Source: Clostridiales bacterium (GTDB taxonomy: Bacteria > Bacillota > Clostridia > Oscillospirales > UBA644). From it: 64,000 bases of DNA. This document shows positions 1 through 9,567 of this stretch, in pieces. The translations under genes were made by a program, and so were the position numbers. Under the pieces are notes generated by a model. The model was given only the letters and a program-made list of their open reading frames with translations, made no database searches and was not told the DNA's origin. The first letter of the stretch is position 1; each line of letters begins with the position of its first letter. Location of the stretch: assembly GCA_003343705.1 (NCBI GenBank), contig QAKR01000010.1, positions 3,855 to 67,854 on the forward strand. The letters are read 5' to 3'.

Positions 1-537
1 TCCGTCATCATGAGTAAGCGTAACGTTTCCGACGTAAACGCCTGCATTCATTACTTCCGGTGTTGTTACTTTTACATAATATATAAGATTTCTGCCCTTT
101 ACTGTATCAAACTTATTAAACTCCCCTGTTGAAAGAGGAACAAGAATCTGTGCTGATCCGTCACGTTCGGTTAGAGATTGCTTTGTTTGCCCGTTATAAT
201 ATGTAAACTCTTCACGGAAAAGTTCTATACAATCAGATGTTAATATATCCCCATTTTCAGCCTGTAGATCATTTACAGACGCTACAACATTTTTAAACTC
301 GGTAGTTTTAGAATATAATGAAAATTGTCCGCCTTCGCCTTCATTTTTAGCAAGAGTTATTTTAAGGGTACCCTCAGCCGGAACATCTGGTTTTTCCAGT
401 GCGGTATATCTTCTATATGGGTTTAAAATATAATAAGGAGTTACCGGTTCACGCATAACTGAACATCCTGTTGCTGATGCAACCATAGTCATAATAAGGG
501 AAGCCATGATAAAAAGCGAAATAATTTTACGTCTCAT
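1..537 (-). CDS. DUF4091/GH123-like surface lipoprotein, N-terminal 179 codons only (open at window edge); fourth paralog of 4077..6893, 45416..48316, 48327..51209
   Basis: My translation of the reverse strand from ATG at 537 gives MRRKIISLFIMASLIMTMVASATGCSV (lipobox). It continues with LKITLAKNEGEGGQF and VKVTTPEVMNAGVYVGNVTLTHDDG, collinear with the LAKNExEGMQF and VTxTHDxG blocks of the full-length paralogs. GGAGGA lies just upstream. It is absent from the ORF track because it is open-ended. Confidence 0.7.
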   Translation of the reverse strand, partial: MRRKIISLFIMASLIMTMVASATGCSVMREPVTPYYILNPYRRYTALEKPDVPAEGTLKITLAKNEGEGGQFSLYSKTTEFKNVVASVNDLQAENGDILTSDCIELFREEFTYYNGQTKQSLTERDGSAQILVPLSTGEFNKFDTVKGRNLIYYVKVTTPEVMNAGVYVGNVTLTHDDG

Positions 538-730
538 AATCATCCTCCGAATAATAAATATATCTTTATTATTCTACCATAAAAAATTAGAATATGCAAT
601 AGGAAAATATGTGTCATAATTTCAAACGATTTCAGTCATGTTGCAATAAGGACGTCTATTTATTTTTATGTCCCGAATATATATTTACACCGAACCCCTT
701 TTTTGTTAAACTAAAAAAGAGGTGATATTA

Positions 731-2653
731 ATGAAAAAAATTATATCTACAATTCTTATTGTAATTTTAGCGCTTTCATTTCCTTTTGCAATATCAGCAA
801 ATGAAGAAAATGAAAATGACTTTAAGCAAAATCTCTATATGGGAGATTGGGTTCCTGCCATGGATACCGAAGAACAGGTAAAAACAATGGCTGAGAACGG
901 TGTACAATACACTTTCGTTTGGTTTTATGATTACAACAATGAAAAAAGCCGTAAACAAGTTGAGTGGTGTGCAAAATACGGTATAAAATGCATATTAAAG
1001 GATGTTCATCTTGAAGTTTACGGAGGGAATAATGCAGAGCAGATTGCTGCATTAACACCGGAAAAAATTTATGAAATCATTGAACCAAATTTAAACAATC
1101 CCGCTGTTGTCGGTTATAATATTTGGGACGAACCAGGTCAACAATCTCTTTATTATGTAGGAATGATTGTTGATAATTTTAAAAAAGCAATAAGCAAAAC
1201 TTCAAGTAATCTGATACCGTTTGTTAATTTATATCCTCCTCTTGCAGGAATGGATTACGAATCTTATATGAATGATTATTTTGAAAAAGTTAAACTTGAT
1301 TATGTCTCCTTTGACATTTATCCGCTTCTTGACACTACACAGAGCAACTACATATATGCAGTGAATACCGCGGCGACTGCTGCCCGTAATCATAATGCAG
1401 ATTTCTGGATTTTCATTCAATCTATGTCCTTTGCCGCAGGGCATGTGGAGCCTGACCTTTCAGGACTAAGATTCCAAGCTTATACATCTCTTGCTTTCGG
1501 TGCAAAAAAACTTATGCATTTTTGCTATAAAAGACCTGGTACTACCGGTGAGTTTGTAGAGTCAGTCGCATCAATAGATGCTGACGGTGTTACTAAAACT
1601 CCTTTATGGGATCTTACCCAGCAGCTCAATTCTGAAATGCACTTTTTATCTCCAATCTATTCAAAATATAAAAATCTTGGTACATATGTATATTATCCCG
1701 AAAACCCGAATACAATCCCACCGTATTTAAATAAGCGCTTGCTTCTTAACCAGTATGTGGCAAACAGAAGCATAAAACAAACAAGCTCAGATCAACCGCT
1801 TTTAATCGGAGTTTTTAACGGGGCTATGATTCTTTTAAATGCTTCGGAAATTACAGAGAAAAAAACCGCAACAGTATCAATAGATTTCCGATATGCGGAT
1901 AAAGTATTCATAACTCGTGCAGGTGAAAGAATAGAATGGTTACCCGGCGAAAATGGAAAATACGAAATAACTCTTGAAAGCGGTGAAGGAGTTTTCGTTG
2001 AACTAAATGAAACATTAACCACCGAACAACAAAAACTTGAAACATTAATAAATGAATATCGTGAAATTGCAATATGGCAATCTACTCAAAATGAAAAGCT
2101 ATTCGTTACCCAAACTTATGAATCGTTCATAGAGGCTCTTAATGCGGTTTCCCCTATTTTCGATACTGACAACATTACATATGAAGAACTGCTTCCTCTC
2201 GTAACAACTCTTAAAACAGCTTATAAAAACATTATAACAGTTAACATGCAATACCGTGCCCTTACAGAAGAATTTTTTAAAGATTATTCCACTATTAAAA
2301 CGGAGTATTTTTCAGCAGAATCCTTTACACAATACGAAGAAGCAAAAACTGCACTGAAAAATATTTATGATCTCAACCCATCAAAGGATACATTAACATA
2401 TAATCGTTCATTTATAAAAGCATATACTACGGCAACAGAGGCAGCAAAACAACTTTCCTATACAGGACTTTACGGAGATTTAAACTTCGACGGCAGAACA
2501 TCTCTTATTGACGCAATGCTTCTTTTCCTTTCTTGCGCAGGAAAGAGAACGCTTGATATTAACCAACAATATGCCGCAGATATAAGCAAGAACGGATCAG
2601 TTAATTTAACAGATGCGATGACGTTATTTAAAAGAATTGCAGGAAAAGAGTAA
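731..2653 (+). CDS. Secreted glycoside-hydrolase-like enzyme with helical FIVAR-like repeats and a C-terminal dockerin
   Basis: Signal peptide MKKIISTILIVILALSFPFAISA. The N-terminal domain has NIWDEPG and DYVSFDIYP motifs typical of TIM-barrel GHs. The C-terminus GDLNFDGRTSLIDAMLLF...DISKNGSVNLTDAMTLFKRIAG is a duplicated Ca-binding dockerin. The ATG at 731 follows AGAGGTGA, so the track GTG at 722 is probably an over-extension. Confidence 0.75.
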   Translation: MKKIISTILIVILALSFPFAISANEENENDFKQNLYMGDWVPAMDTEEQVKTMAENGVQYTFVWFYDYNNEKSRKQVEWCAKYGIKCILKDVHLEVYGGNNAEQIAALTPEKIYEIIEPNLNNPAVVGYNIWDEPGQQSLYYVGMIVDNFKKAISKTSSNLIPFVNLYPPLAGMDYESYMNDYFEKVKLDYVSFDIYPLLDTTQSNYIYAVNTAATAARNHNADFWIFIQSMSFAAGHVEPDLSGLRFQAYTSLAFGAKKLMHFCYKRPGTTGEFVESVASIDADGVTKTPLWDLTQQLNSEMHFLSPIYSKYKNLGTYVYYPENPNTIPPYLNKRLLLNQYVANRSIKQTSSDQPLLIGVFNGAMILLNASEITEKKTATVSIDFRYADKVFITRAGERIEWLPGENGKYEITLESGEGVFVELNETLTTEQQKLETLINEYREIAIWQSTQNEKLFVTQTYESFIEALNAVSPIFDTDNITYEELLPLVTTLKTAYKNIITVNMQYRALTEEFFKDYSTIKTEYFSAESFTQYEEAKTALKNIYDLNPSKDTLTYNRSFIKAYTTATEAAKQLSYTGLYGDLNFDGRTSLIDAMLLFLSCAGKRTLDINQQYAADISKNGSVNLTDAMTLFKRIAGKE

Positions 2654-2678
2654 AATTATATTTCATACTTTTTGATTA

Positions 2679-2730
2679 GAAGTCCCAACAATAATAAATG
2701 TTAATTTATTATTGTTGGGACTTCTTTGTT
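2679..2730 (+). terminator. Rho-independent terminator after the dockerin enzyme gene (sits between convergent genes)
   Basis: Perfect 21-bp inverted repeat gaagtcccaacaataataaat / atttattattgttgggacttc with a 4-nt loop, followed by tttgtt. Confidence 0.7.
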
Positions 2731-2742
2731 GTTCATTTAAAT

Positions 2743-3942
2743 CTATTCTGTCTGTTTAGGGGATAAACATTTTTTATATATTTTATTAATAAAAAATGCT
2801 CCTACCGGTGAGGTAATTAAGATTGAAACAACTGCAACAGTAAGTATAATATTACCACAAGAAAGGCCCATTGCAAAAGGGACTCCTCCAATAGCCGCCT
2901 GTACAGTTGCTTTAGGTGCATAAGAAATCACTGTAAATAGTTTTTCCTTAATATTAAGATTTGTTTTTATAAGACAAATAAAAACTCCACCCATTCTAAA
3001 AACCAAACCTATAAATATAACCAAAACCGTTACTATTCCGGAATTAAATGCATATTGAATATTTATACTGGCACCAACAAGTACAAATAAAATAATTTCC
3101 GCCCCAATCCATAACTTTGAAAACTTTTCAGATAACCGAATTGAAACAACTTGATTTTTTATATTAATTGTAGCACATAAGGCCATTACTGCAAGAAGAC
3201 CTGAAAACCCTATAAAACTTGTTAATATATTTTCAAACGATATAAAAAGAAAAGATAAAGATAATATAATAATAATTTTCACACTGTCTTTCATATGCAT
3301 TTTTTTAAAAATACATGATAATAACAAGCCTGCTCCTATGCCGCCTAAAAGACCTAGTATTATTGATGTAGGAAATTGTATTAACGTTTCAACATTTATT
3401 TCACCTGTTTTTAATAGCCCTGAAAATGTTGTAAATAAAATTATTACAAAAACATCATCAACAGAAGCACCTGCCATTATCATCTGCGGAATTGCTTTAT
3501 TTGTTCCATATCCTTGTTCTTTAATCTTTAACATAAGAGGTATAATAACGGCTGGTGACACAGCTGCTAAAACAGTTCCTAAAAGAACTGATTCCAAAAC
3601 AGAAATCCCTAAAAGTTTCGGTGCAAATATTACAATCCCAATTATTTCGAAACTTGCCGGAACAAAACACATTAATATTGCTGGTCTTCCAATTTTTTTT
3701 AGTTCAGAAATATCCAGATTTATACCTGCCTTTGCTAATATAATTATAAGGGCTATCTGTCTAAGCTCAGCTGAAATACCGATAATTTTACAATCCAATA
3801 AATTAAAAACATAGGGCCCTAACAGTATTCCGGCAATCAACATACCGAGTAATCCGGGTAATTTAAAATTTTTGAAAATTTTACTGAGGAACATACCGAA
3901 TAGAAAAATAATTGCTAATGAAAATAACATAAAAATCTCCAA
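2743..3942 (-). CDS. Cation:proton antiporter (CPA/Na+-H+ exchanger family) membrane protein
   Basis: 399 aa and highly hydrophobic throughout. The N-terminus LPGLLGMLIAGILLGPYVFNLL is typical of Kef/NapA-type exchangers, with multiple predicted TM helices. Confidence 0.75.
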   Translation of the reverse strand: MEIFMLFSLAIIFLFGMFLSKIFKNFKLPGLLGMLIAGILLGPYVFNLLDCKIIGISAELRQIALIIILAKAGINLDISELKKIGRPAILMCFVPASFEIIGIVIFAPKLLGISVLESVLLGTVLAAVSPAVIIPLMLKIKEQGYGTNKAIPQMIMAGASVDDVFVIILFTTFSGLLKTGEINVETLIQFPTSIILGLLGGIGAGLLLSCIFKKMHMKDSVKIIIILSLSFLFISFENILTSFIGFSGLLAVMALCATINIKNQVVSIRLSEKFSKLWIGAEIILFVLVGASINIQYAFNSGIVTVLVIFIGLVFRMGGVFICLIKTNLNIKEKLFTVISYAPKATVQAAIGGVPFAMGLSCGNIILTVAVVSILITSPVGAFFINKIYKKCLSPKQTE

Positions 3943-3950
3943 TCATTCGC

Positions 3951-3999
3951 AGAGAAAAGCCGATAACTCTACGAAGTTAATTTCGTAGATGTCATCGGC
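3951..3999 (-). terminator. Probable terminator of the 4077..6893 gene
   Basis: Imperfect hairpin gccgatgacatctacgaa/ttcgtagagttatcggc (reverse strand) followed by ttttctct, 78 nt past the stop codon. Confidence 0.5.
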
Positions 4000-4076
4000 T
4001 TAATAAGCGGTTTAGTGTTTTAACCAAGGGAGACAATCATTCCCGTGAAATAAAATTATAAGCTATAACCTCAAAA

Positions 4077-6893
4077 TCAGTCTAATAATATATAGTCGCT
4101 GTCACCTAAGAAGTAATATGGCATATTTGTAAATCGAACTCCGCTTACAGAAAATGTTCCTGCCGTACTTAAATCCGAGTATCTGAAGCGAATACTACTA
4201 ATATCAAGACCTATTGATTTTTCCGGTATTTGAGCACACACTGTTATTGTGTCCCCAGGTCGGACCATACCATAAACAGGAGTTATGTCGAAGTCCATTC
4301 CGCATATAAGAGAAATTTCCGGTAAATTAATTAACTTATCGCTGTTATTTGTAATATCAAATATAATATTAGTATACCCTGAACAAGTTTTTATACCATC
4401 TGCAAAAACAGAAACAGGTAATTTCACACCCCGTGAAGATATTTTTTCAACGTTTATTTGTGCAGCCGGACCGTTATCAGTATTTATTATTTTTATATTA
4501 TCTAAAGAGTTGAGTGTACTTTGTGTTACCGGGTCAGAAAAATCTATAAGATTAACTGCTTTAATATATTGCTGGAATACAATTTCTGAAAATGTCTGTG
4601 TGACACCGTTAAGAGATACATCAATATTAACCAACTGTCTACCTGCTTTATCAAAAGAGATAACATATTTATAAAGTGAGTACTTTTCTCCGCTTTCAAC
4701 AAGCTCTGCACTATTTTTCTCGACTGAAACAGAAGCGCCTTTTTGAACATACAGATAAAGTGTTTGTTCAGGTTTTATTTTATCTTCTATATTCATCACA
4801 ACAAGAGGAAAAGTATTATTCATATGTTTTGCAATAGAATATTTTATTTTTGAAAGATCTTCCCTATTCGCTACAACCTTTTGAACTTCTTTCCCATTCT
4901 CATTGACGTTATAAAAATTAAAACAGTTTTGCTCTACTTTTTTATGAACATCAGCTGAAGTTAAGGGAATTCCAAGTTCTTTTGCATCTTCTACCGCACA
5001 TTCATATGCTAAATCTCTATATTCAGCTTCAGGAATCGGAGCAAGTGTTCTTTCATATTTTTCACCGTTTACGAACACATCCATGTTAAAAGGTTCGGAA
5101 GTTAGTGCAAATGATTTTGAATATATAGAATATAAGCCTTTATCAACCCCGGAAATTATTTGGCCGTCTATCTTAACAACCGATCCACTGGGTGCAAATA
5201 CACGAATTTCACGCATGTTACTGTTTGTTTCAGTCATTGCCGCTAAAACTGAAACTATTGCATCATCCGTTGTCATTATATCGTGGGCAAGCCTTGCTCG
5301 CGTTTTTTGCATTTCAGAGGAGTTTGTATTAAAATCACCCATAGAGTTGTAAAGTGCAGAATAATATGTATCCATATATTTATCGACAGTTATTTCTGTG
5401 ATTGTGTATTTATCAAGTAAAGATTGAACTTTATTTTGCATTAAAACAAGATACTCATAATCTTCTTGTCCTGCACGGATATTTTCAAGTCTGATAGATG
5501 GAATTGGTGTATTTGTGTTTACAACGCCGTCATTTTCAGTTCCTGCATAGAAAAGGTATCCGTCCCCGGCTTTATAGATAGTCATTGCATCGTTCCATAT
5601 ATCACGGGGGTTGTCCCACCCGGTTTCACGTGTCCAATGGTCCATAATACCGGAAGCCCAATAAAGTTGACCTGTAACATTCCAATCTTTTTGCATCCAT
5701 TCAACAAGACGCATGCTCATTAGATCATCGGCTAACGCAAAGGAGGGATAGGGGTTTGAAGGAATTATACACCCATACCACCAAAATTCATCGCCCATAT
5801 CTTGCATATCTCTGACGAACCATTCGTTGTGGTTGTCGGTGGACCATATACTACACCATAAGTTAACAGTATCAAAGAAGCTTGTCCTTGGGCTGACAGT
5901 TAATAATTGACGCACATTAGGATTATATCTTTCAACTGCTTTAAAGTCAGATGTAATAGTATTATACATTTCTCTTGACGGTTCGTCATATGTATATGTA
6001 AATCCGTAAGGTAAAAGGCCTCTTTCATCAAGTACATCTATATATTTTTGATAATTTGTATTCAGTACACCGTTAGCATCGTGGTTGTTTGTACCCATTG
6101 GAATTCTGTAGACATTGATTCTTTCATCTGAAAGATATTTTTCAACAAGATCGGCAAACTGTTCCGGGGTTGAGTAAGGCTCTGGTATAGAAGGTGCTAT
6201 TAGCCTATAGTCCGATAAAAACCAATAGTATTTTTGATACATAGAATAATAGTCAGTTGAAGCTGTAGCATTATTCTTAACATATTGTCTCCACGTAGAT
6301 CCGAACCATAACTCAAAAGAGCTTTGATTTGAAGGAGTTGTAGGAATTGCAAAATCCCATATTTCAACTTCTATCGGAATTTCTATAACTCCGTTGTCGT
6401 GAGTTACTTTTACAGATCCGTAATACATGCCGGCCGGCTGATCCTTATTAGATTTAACTGTCAGCCATATTCCTTGATTTTCACCGGCTTTTATATCAAA
6501 AAAACGAGAAGCATCATAACATAATGGAATAAGAGCATCAGCATACTTATTTTCACTGCCATTTGTTATATAATGTTCACGATAATAACCATGAAGAGTT
6601 AAAATATTATTATTGTTATCTTTTATCTCAGAAACTTCTACAGACGCATTTTTAATGTCATAATCAAAGTTAAGTATGAACTGCATACCCTCATACTCAT
6701 TTTTAGCTAATTGCACTTTTAGCGTATCTTTCCCTGTCTGCCGAACGCTTTGCGTAAGTGTAAATCTTTCAGAATTTGAAACTATTGTCACATTTTCAAT
6801 GGGTGCATCGTAAACAACCGAACATGCTGAAATACCGAAAAGAGGGATTGCCATTGCCGAAACAATAATAGCTAACGCTATTTTATTTTTCAT
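4077..6893 (-). CDS. DUF4091/GH123-like surface lipoprotein (938 aa), putative beta-N-acetylhexosaminidase-type glycosidase
   Basis: Lipobox LFGISAC and GGGAGG SD. It carries LAKNEYEGMQF, an adjacent Asp-Glu in FTYTYDEPS, and FWWYGCIIPSNPYPSF...RLVEWMQKDWNVTGQLYW, which I recognise as the DUF4091 (GH123 catalytic domain) signature. A ~430-aa C-terminal extension is unassigned. Confidence 0.8.
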   Translation of the reverse strand: MKNKIALAIIVSAMAIPLFGISACSVVYDAPIENVTIVSNSERFTLTQSVRQTGKDTLKVQLAKNEYEGMQFILNFDYDIKNASVEVSEIKDNNNNILTLHGYYREHYITNGSENKYADALIPLCYDASRFFDIKAGENQGIWLTVKSNKDQPAGMYYGSVKVTHDNGVIEIPIEVEIWDFAIPTTPSNQSSFELWFGSTWRQYVKNNATASTDYYSMYQKYYWFLSDYRLIAPSIPEPYSTPEQFADLVEKYLSDERINVYRIPMGTNNHDANGVLNTNYQKYIDVLDERGLLPYGFTYTYDEPSREMYNTITSDFKAVERYNPNVRQLLTVSPRTSFFDTVNLWCSIWSTDNHNEWFVRDMQDMGDEFWWYGCIIPSNPYPSFALADDLMSMRLVEWMQKDWNVTGQLYWASGIMDHWTRETGWDNPRDIWNDAMTIYKAGDGYLFYAGTENDGVVNTNTPIPSIRLENIRAGQEDYEYLVLMQNKVQSLLDKYTITEITVDKYMDTYYSALYNSMGDFNTNSSEMQKTRARLAHDIMTTDDAIVSVLAAMTETNSNMREIRVFAPSGSVVKIDGQIISGVDKGLYSIYSKSFALTSEPFNMDVFVNGEKYERTLAPIPEAEYRDLAYECAVEDAKELGIPLTSADVHKKVEQNCFNFYNVNENGKEVQKVVANREDLSKIKYSIAKHMNNTFPLVVMNIEDKIKPEQTLYLYVQKGASVSVEKNSAELVESGEKYSLYKYVISFDKAGRQLVNIDVSLNGVTQTFSEIVFQQYIKAVNLIDFSDPVTQSTLNSLDNIKIINTDNGPAAQINVEKISSRGVKLPVSVFADGIKTCSGYTNIIFDITNNSDKLINLPEISLICGMDFDITPVYGMVRPGDTITVCAQIPEKSIGLDISSIRFRYSDLSTAGTFSVSGVRFTNMPYYFLGDSDYILLD

Positions 6894-7302
6894 AGTTTTG
6901 CCTCCCTAATCAAGTAATAATAAAATATATTTCCCTATATAAAAGTTGGAATATTCAACCTTAATATCAGAGACATAATAATGTTAGGTTTAAATTCTTT
7001 TTATATTTTTTTATTCTAAATAAATTCTATATAATTTATGAATATCCATTATTTTATTTATAATAAACATCAGTCAATTATTTTATTTTAAAATAACAAT
7101 TTTTAATTATTTTTAAAATTTAAACCGTTTAAGAATTATCCCTTACCTGTTTGTATAACAGCATACAAATTATTATACTTCTATGTAGTACCTACATTAA
7201 AACTCTTTATATAAACAATAAACCGGCGAGAACAGAGGGTATAAAGTTATTAATAACATTAATTCTGATCTCACCGGAAATATTTTATATATGAATAAAT
7301 TC

Positions 7303-8394
7303 CTATTTATATTTTTCAACTATTGCACGCATATTATCATATTCTTTTTCCATTGAACGTGAAAGCTCTGCCTGGCAGCGTGAACGGACAAGGTTTTGTC
7401 CTTTATAATGAACGCGAAAATATTTATCCCCGCGAATATAGTCTTCAAGAAAACGTGAGGTTGTTTCAAGAGCCATCATACGTGCACCAAGAGCCATATA
7501 TTCGACCTCGGTGTCTGTAAAAAATCCATTTGAAGCTCCTATAAATCCTTTTGTAAAGGCTTCATATTTTGACATATCTATATAAACTTTAGAAAGATTT
7601 TTTTCATCTTCTACTGTAGAACAAGCGGCAAAACGTATTGCATCACCAAAGTCAAAAGCCGCCAGTCCGGGCATAACAGTGTCCAGGTCTATAACGCAAA
7701 GAGCTTTTCCCGTCTTATCATCTATCAAAATATTATTATATTTTGTATCATTATGTGTAACACGCAAACATATCTTCCCGTCAGCTAAAAGCTTATTGAA
7801 TGTTTTTGCAAGTTCAAAATTACTTCTAAGGTACTCTATATCATCTTTAACTTCGCAAACTCTTCCGAAAGGATCTTCCTCAACGGCTTCAAAAAGGTCG
7901 TTAAAACGTTTTTCTGTATTATGAAAGTTGGGAATTGTTTCATAAAGCGTATCCATTGGAAAATCAGCCAATCGCTTCTGAAAAATTCCAAATGCTTCTC
8001 CTGCATTTTGCAAAACTTCGTTATCGTTTGCCACATCATAAGTTCTTGCACCATCTATAAAGTTATAAACACGCCAAACACGGTCATTTGGCATAACCGC
8101 AAATCGTTCATCATTTTTTGCCCTTAAAAAATGTAAGACTTCGCGATAAGGATCTCCGCCTTCTTCTCGAACTTTATCTCGAATGTGCTTTGTTACCTTG
8201 CCTATATTATCCATCATCTTTTTAGGGTTTTTAAAAACATATGTATTTATTTCTTGGAATGTATAACCCTTTTCTGTCCCATCTTCTTCTTTGTAAAGAA
8301 CAAAATGTGTCTGGTTTATATGCCCAGTGTCAATCTGAACCGTTTTAATGATTTCGCCTTTAATGCCAAAGGCTGTTCCTACCTGTTTTAACAT
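7303..8394 (-). CDS. nahK: N-acetylhexosamine 1-kinase (NahK/LnpB-like, APH-fold phosphotransferase)
   Basis: GHINQTHFV and QEINTYVF occur at the N-terminus. RVTHNDTKYNNILID...VIDLDTVMPG...FDFGDAIRF...EDEKNLSKV and RFLEDYIRGDKYF...NLVRSRCQ closely track the Bifidobacterium NahK sequence as I remember it. AGGAGG SD. Confidence 0.75.
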   Translation of the reverse strand: MLKQVGTAFGIKGEIIKTVQIDTGHINQTHFVLYKEEDGTEKGYTFQEINTYVFKNPKKMMDNIGKVTKHIRDKVREEGGDPYREVLHFLRAKNDERFAVMPNDRVWRVYNFIDGARTYDVANDNEVLQNAGEAFGIFQKRLADFPMDTLYETIPNFHNTEKRFNDLFEAVEEDPFGRVCEVKDDIEYLRSNFELAKTFNKLLADGKICLRVTHNDTKYNNILIDDKTGKALCVIDLDTVMPGLAAFDFGDAIRFAACSTVEDEKNLSKVYIDMSKYEAFTKGFIGASNGFFTDTEVEYMALGARMMALETTSRFLEDYIRGDKYFRVHYKGQNLVRSRCQAELSRSMEKEYDNMRAIVEKYK

Positions 8395-8410
8395 CGGGAT
8401 ATCCTCCTAA

Positions 8411-8458
8411 AAAATATCTCTCGCACTTGCGGCGGCGTAATAATACCGCCGCAATGCG
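8411..8458 (-). terminator. Probable terminator after the small ORF 8468..8623
   Basis: GC-rich inverted repeat ttgcggcgg / ccgccgcaa (extendable with one bulge). On the reverse strand it is followed by gagatatttttt. Confidence 0.45.
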
Positions 8459-8467
8459 TTAAAAATT

Positions 8468-8623
8468 TCAAAGATCATCTGCATCTTGAACCGGCTGATC
8501 TCCGTCACTTGGTGTTCCGGTCCAACTACCTAATACATCCGTATTGCTGGTTTCCTGAAGTGTTTGTGCAATATCTCTTACTTTCATACTATTCATTTGC
8601 TTTTTCTTTTGCCTTTTATTCAT
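8468..8623 (-). CDS. Unannotated small ORF (51 aa), hypothetical
   Basis: Below the track cutoff. Reverse strand GAGGTGA-n4-ATG, encoding MNKRQKKKQMNSMKVRDIAQTLQETSNTDVLGSWTGTPSDGDQPVQDADDL, with a TGA stop at 8468. It fills an otherwise empty gap between two same-strand genes and has its own hairpin downstream. Confidence 0.4.
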   Translation of the reverse strand: MNKRQKKKQMNSMKVRDIAQTLQETSNTDVLGSWTGTPSDGDQPVQDADDL

Positions 8624-8649
8624 AAAATCACCTCGGTATTATTATCCGA

Positions 8650-9567
8650 TTATTTTGTCGAATATATACCGAAACCAGTTGACTGAATTTCACATTCACC
8701 TGTACCGGGAGTTTCCCAACCGGTTGTTATTGAACCCAAAAACATATCTTCGTATGTGGAATTAGTTAAAAAGCCTTTTTTCTGAGCTCTTTCAAAAGCT
8801 TTCTTTATATTTGGCAAGAAATCTTTATTAATATAATAATCTCCGCCATTGATTTTAAAAGGTTGCTTAAAGAATTCTCTGTTTGAAAGAGAATAAATAT
8901 AATTCCCGTTAACCATAGCAAAATCCTGAGCCTCGTAATAAGGAGTATAGTCTTGAGGATATCGACTGTCGTATATCTGAAGCCCAAAGTGAAAAAGCTT
9001 TCCAAAATCTTGTGAATCTCGATTTAAGTTTTGAATATTTAAGAAAATTAAATATTGTGAAACGCCAGATAATACTTCGGATTTATTAAGCTCAAATTTA
9101 CCTTTGAACTCAAGTGTGGACATTGATGACAGACGATATTTTTCAAGTAAATTTTTATCTGTGTCTACATATTCACAACCAAGATCCTGGCTTATTAAAA
9201 GATGAGGCCAATTTCCTCCGCTATACTCATCTACTTTTATAGCTGAAGTAACCGTTCCGTCTGTTGTATCAACCGTTATGCTTTTTGTTTGATCAAATAT
9301 TTTATAAACGCCATTGCCCAGATCTTCTTTTGTTCCTTCAAGAATGTTGTGTCCCGACCACCATTGTCCTATCTGCCAGCGAGGATCTCCTGTTGCAGCT
9401 CCATATGTATATGTGCCTATCGAGTTGGTATTTGTGTTAGAAAGATCAAAAACCTCAAAGCCGTTTTTGAAATTCACATCATCAAGCAGTACTTTTTTAT
9501 GTGTAACAGTGCACGACGATAAAACAAACATAGAGCAAACTGTTACTATTAATAAAAAACGTTTCAC
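8650..9567 (-). CDS. Lipoprotein of unknown function
   Basis: GTG start after AAGGAG, overlapping the upstream stop as GTGA. The signal sequence MKRFLLIVTVCSMFVLSSC contains a lipobox. I recognise no family for the mature part. Confidence 0.7.
   Translation of the reverse strand: MKRFLLIVTVCSMFVLSSCTVTHKKVLLDDVNFKNGFEVFDLSNTNTNSIGTYTYGAATGDPRWQIGQWWSGHNILEGTKEDLGNGVYKIFDQTKSITVDTTDGTVTSAIKVDEYSGGNWPHLLISQDLGCEYVDTDKNLLEKYRLSSMSTLEFKGKFELNKSEVLSGVSQYLIFLNIQNLNRDSQDFGKLFHFGLQIYDSRYPQDYTPYYEAQDFAMVNGNYIYSLSNREFFKQPFKINGGDYYINKDFLPNIKKAFERAQKKGFLTNSTYEDMFLGSITTGWETPGTGECEIQSTGFGIYSTK

Noticed and set aside
3338-3814. 158-aa plus-strand ORF (and 3555..3743) inside the antiporter gene
   Set aside because: It is entirely antisense to a well-supported membrane-protein CDS, with no SD and a low-complexity translation. 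It is a typical shadow ORF.
6894-7302. 409-nt extremely AT-rich spacer; considered a mobile-element remnant or sRNA
   Set aside because: It has no terminal inverted or direct repeats and no ORF, and it contains only short weak hairpins. It most simply contains the nahK terminator and the promoter of 4077..6893.
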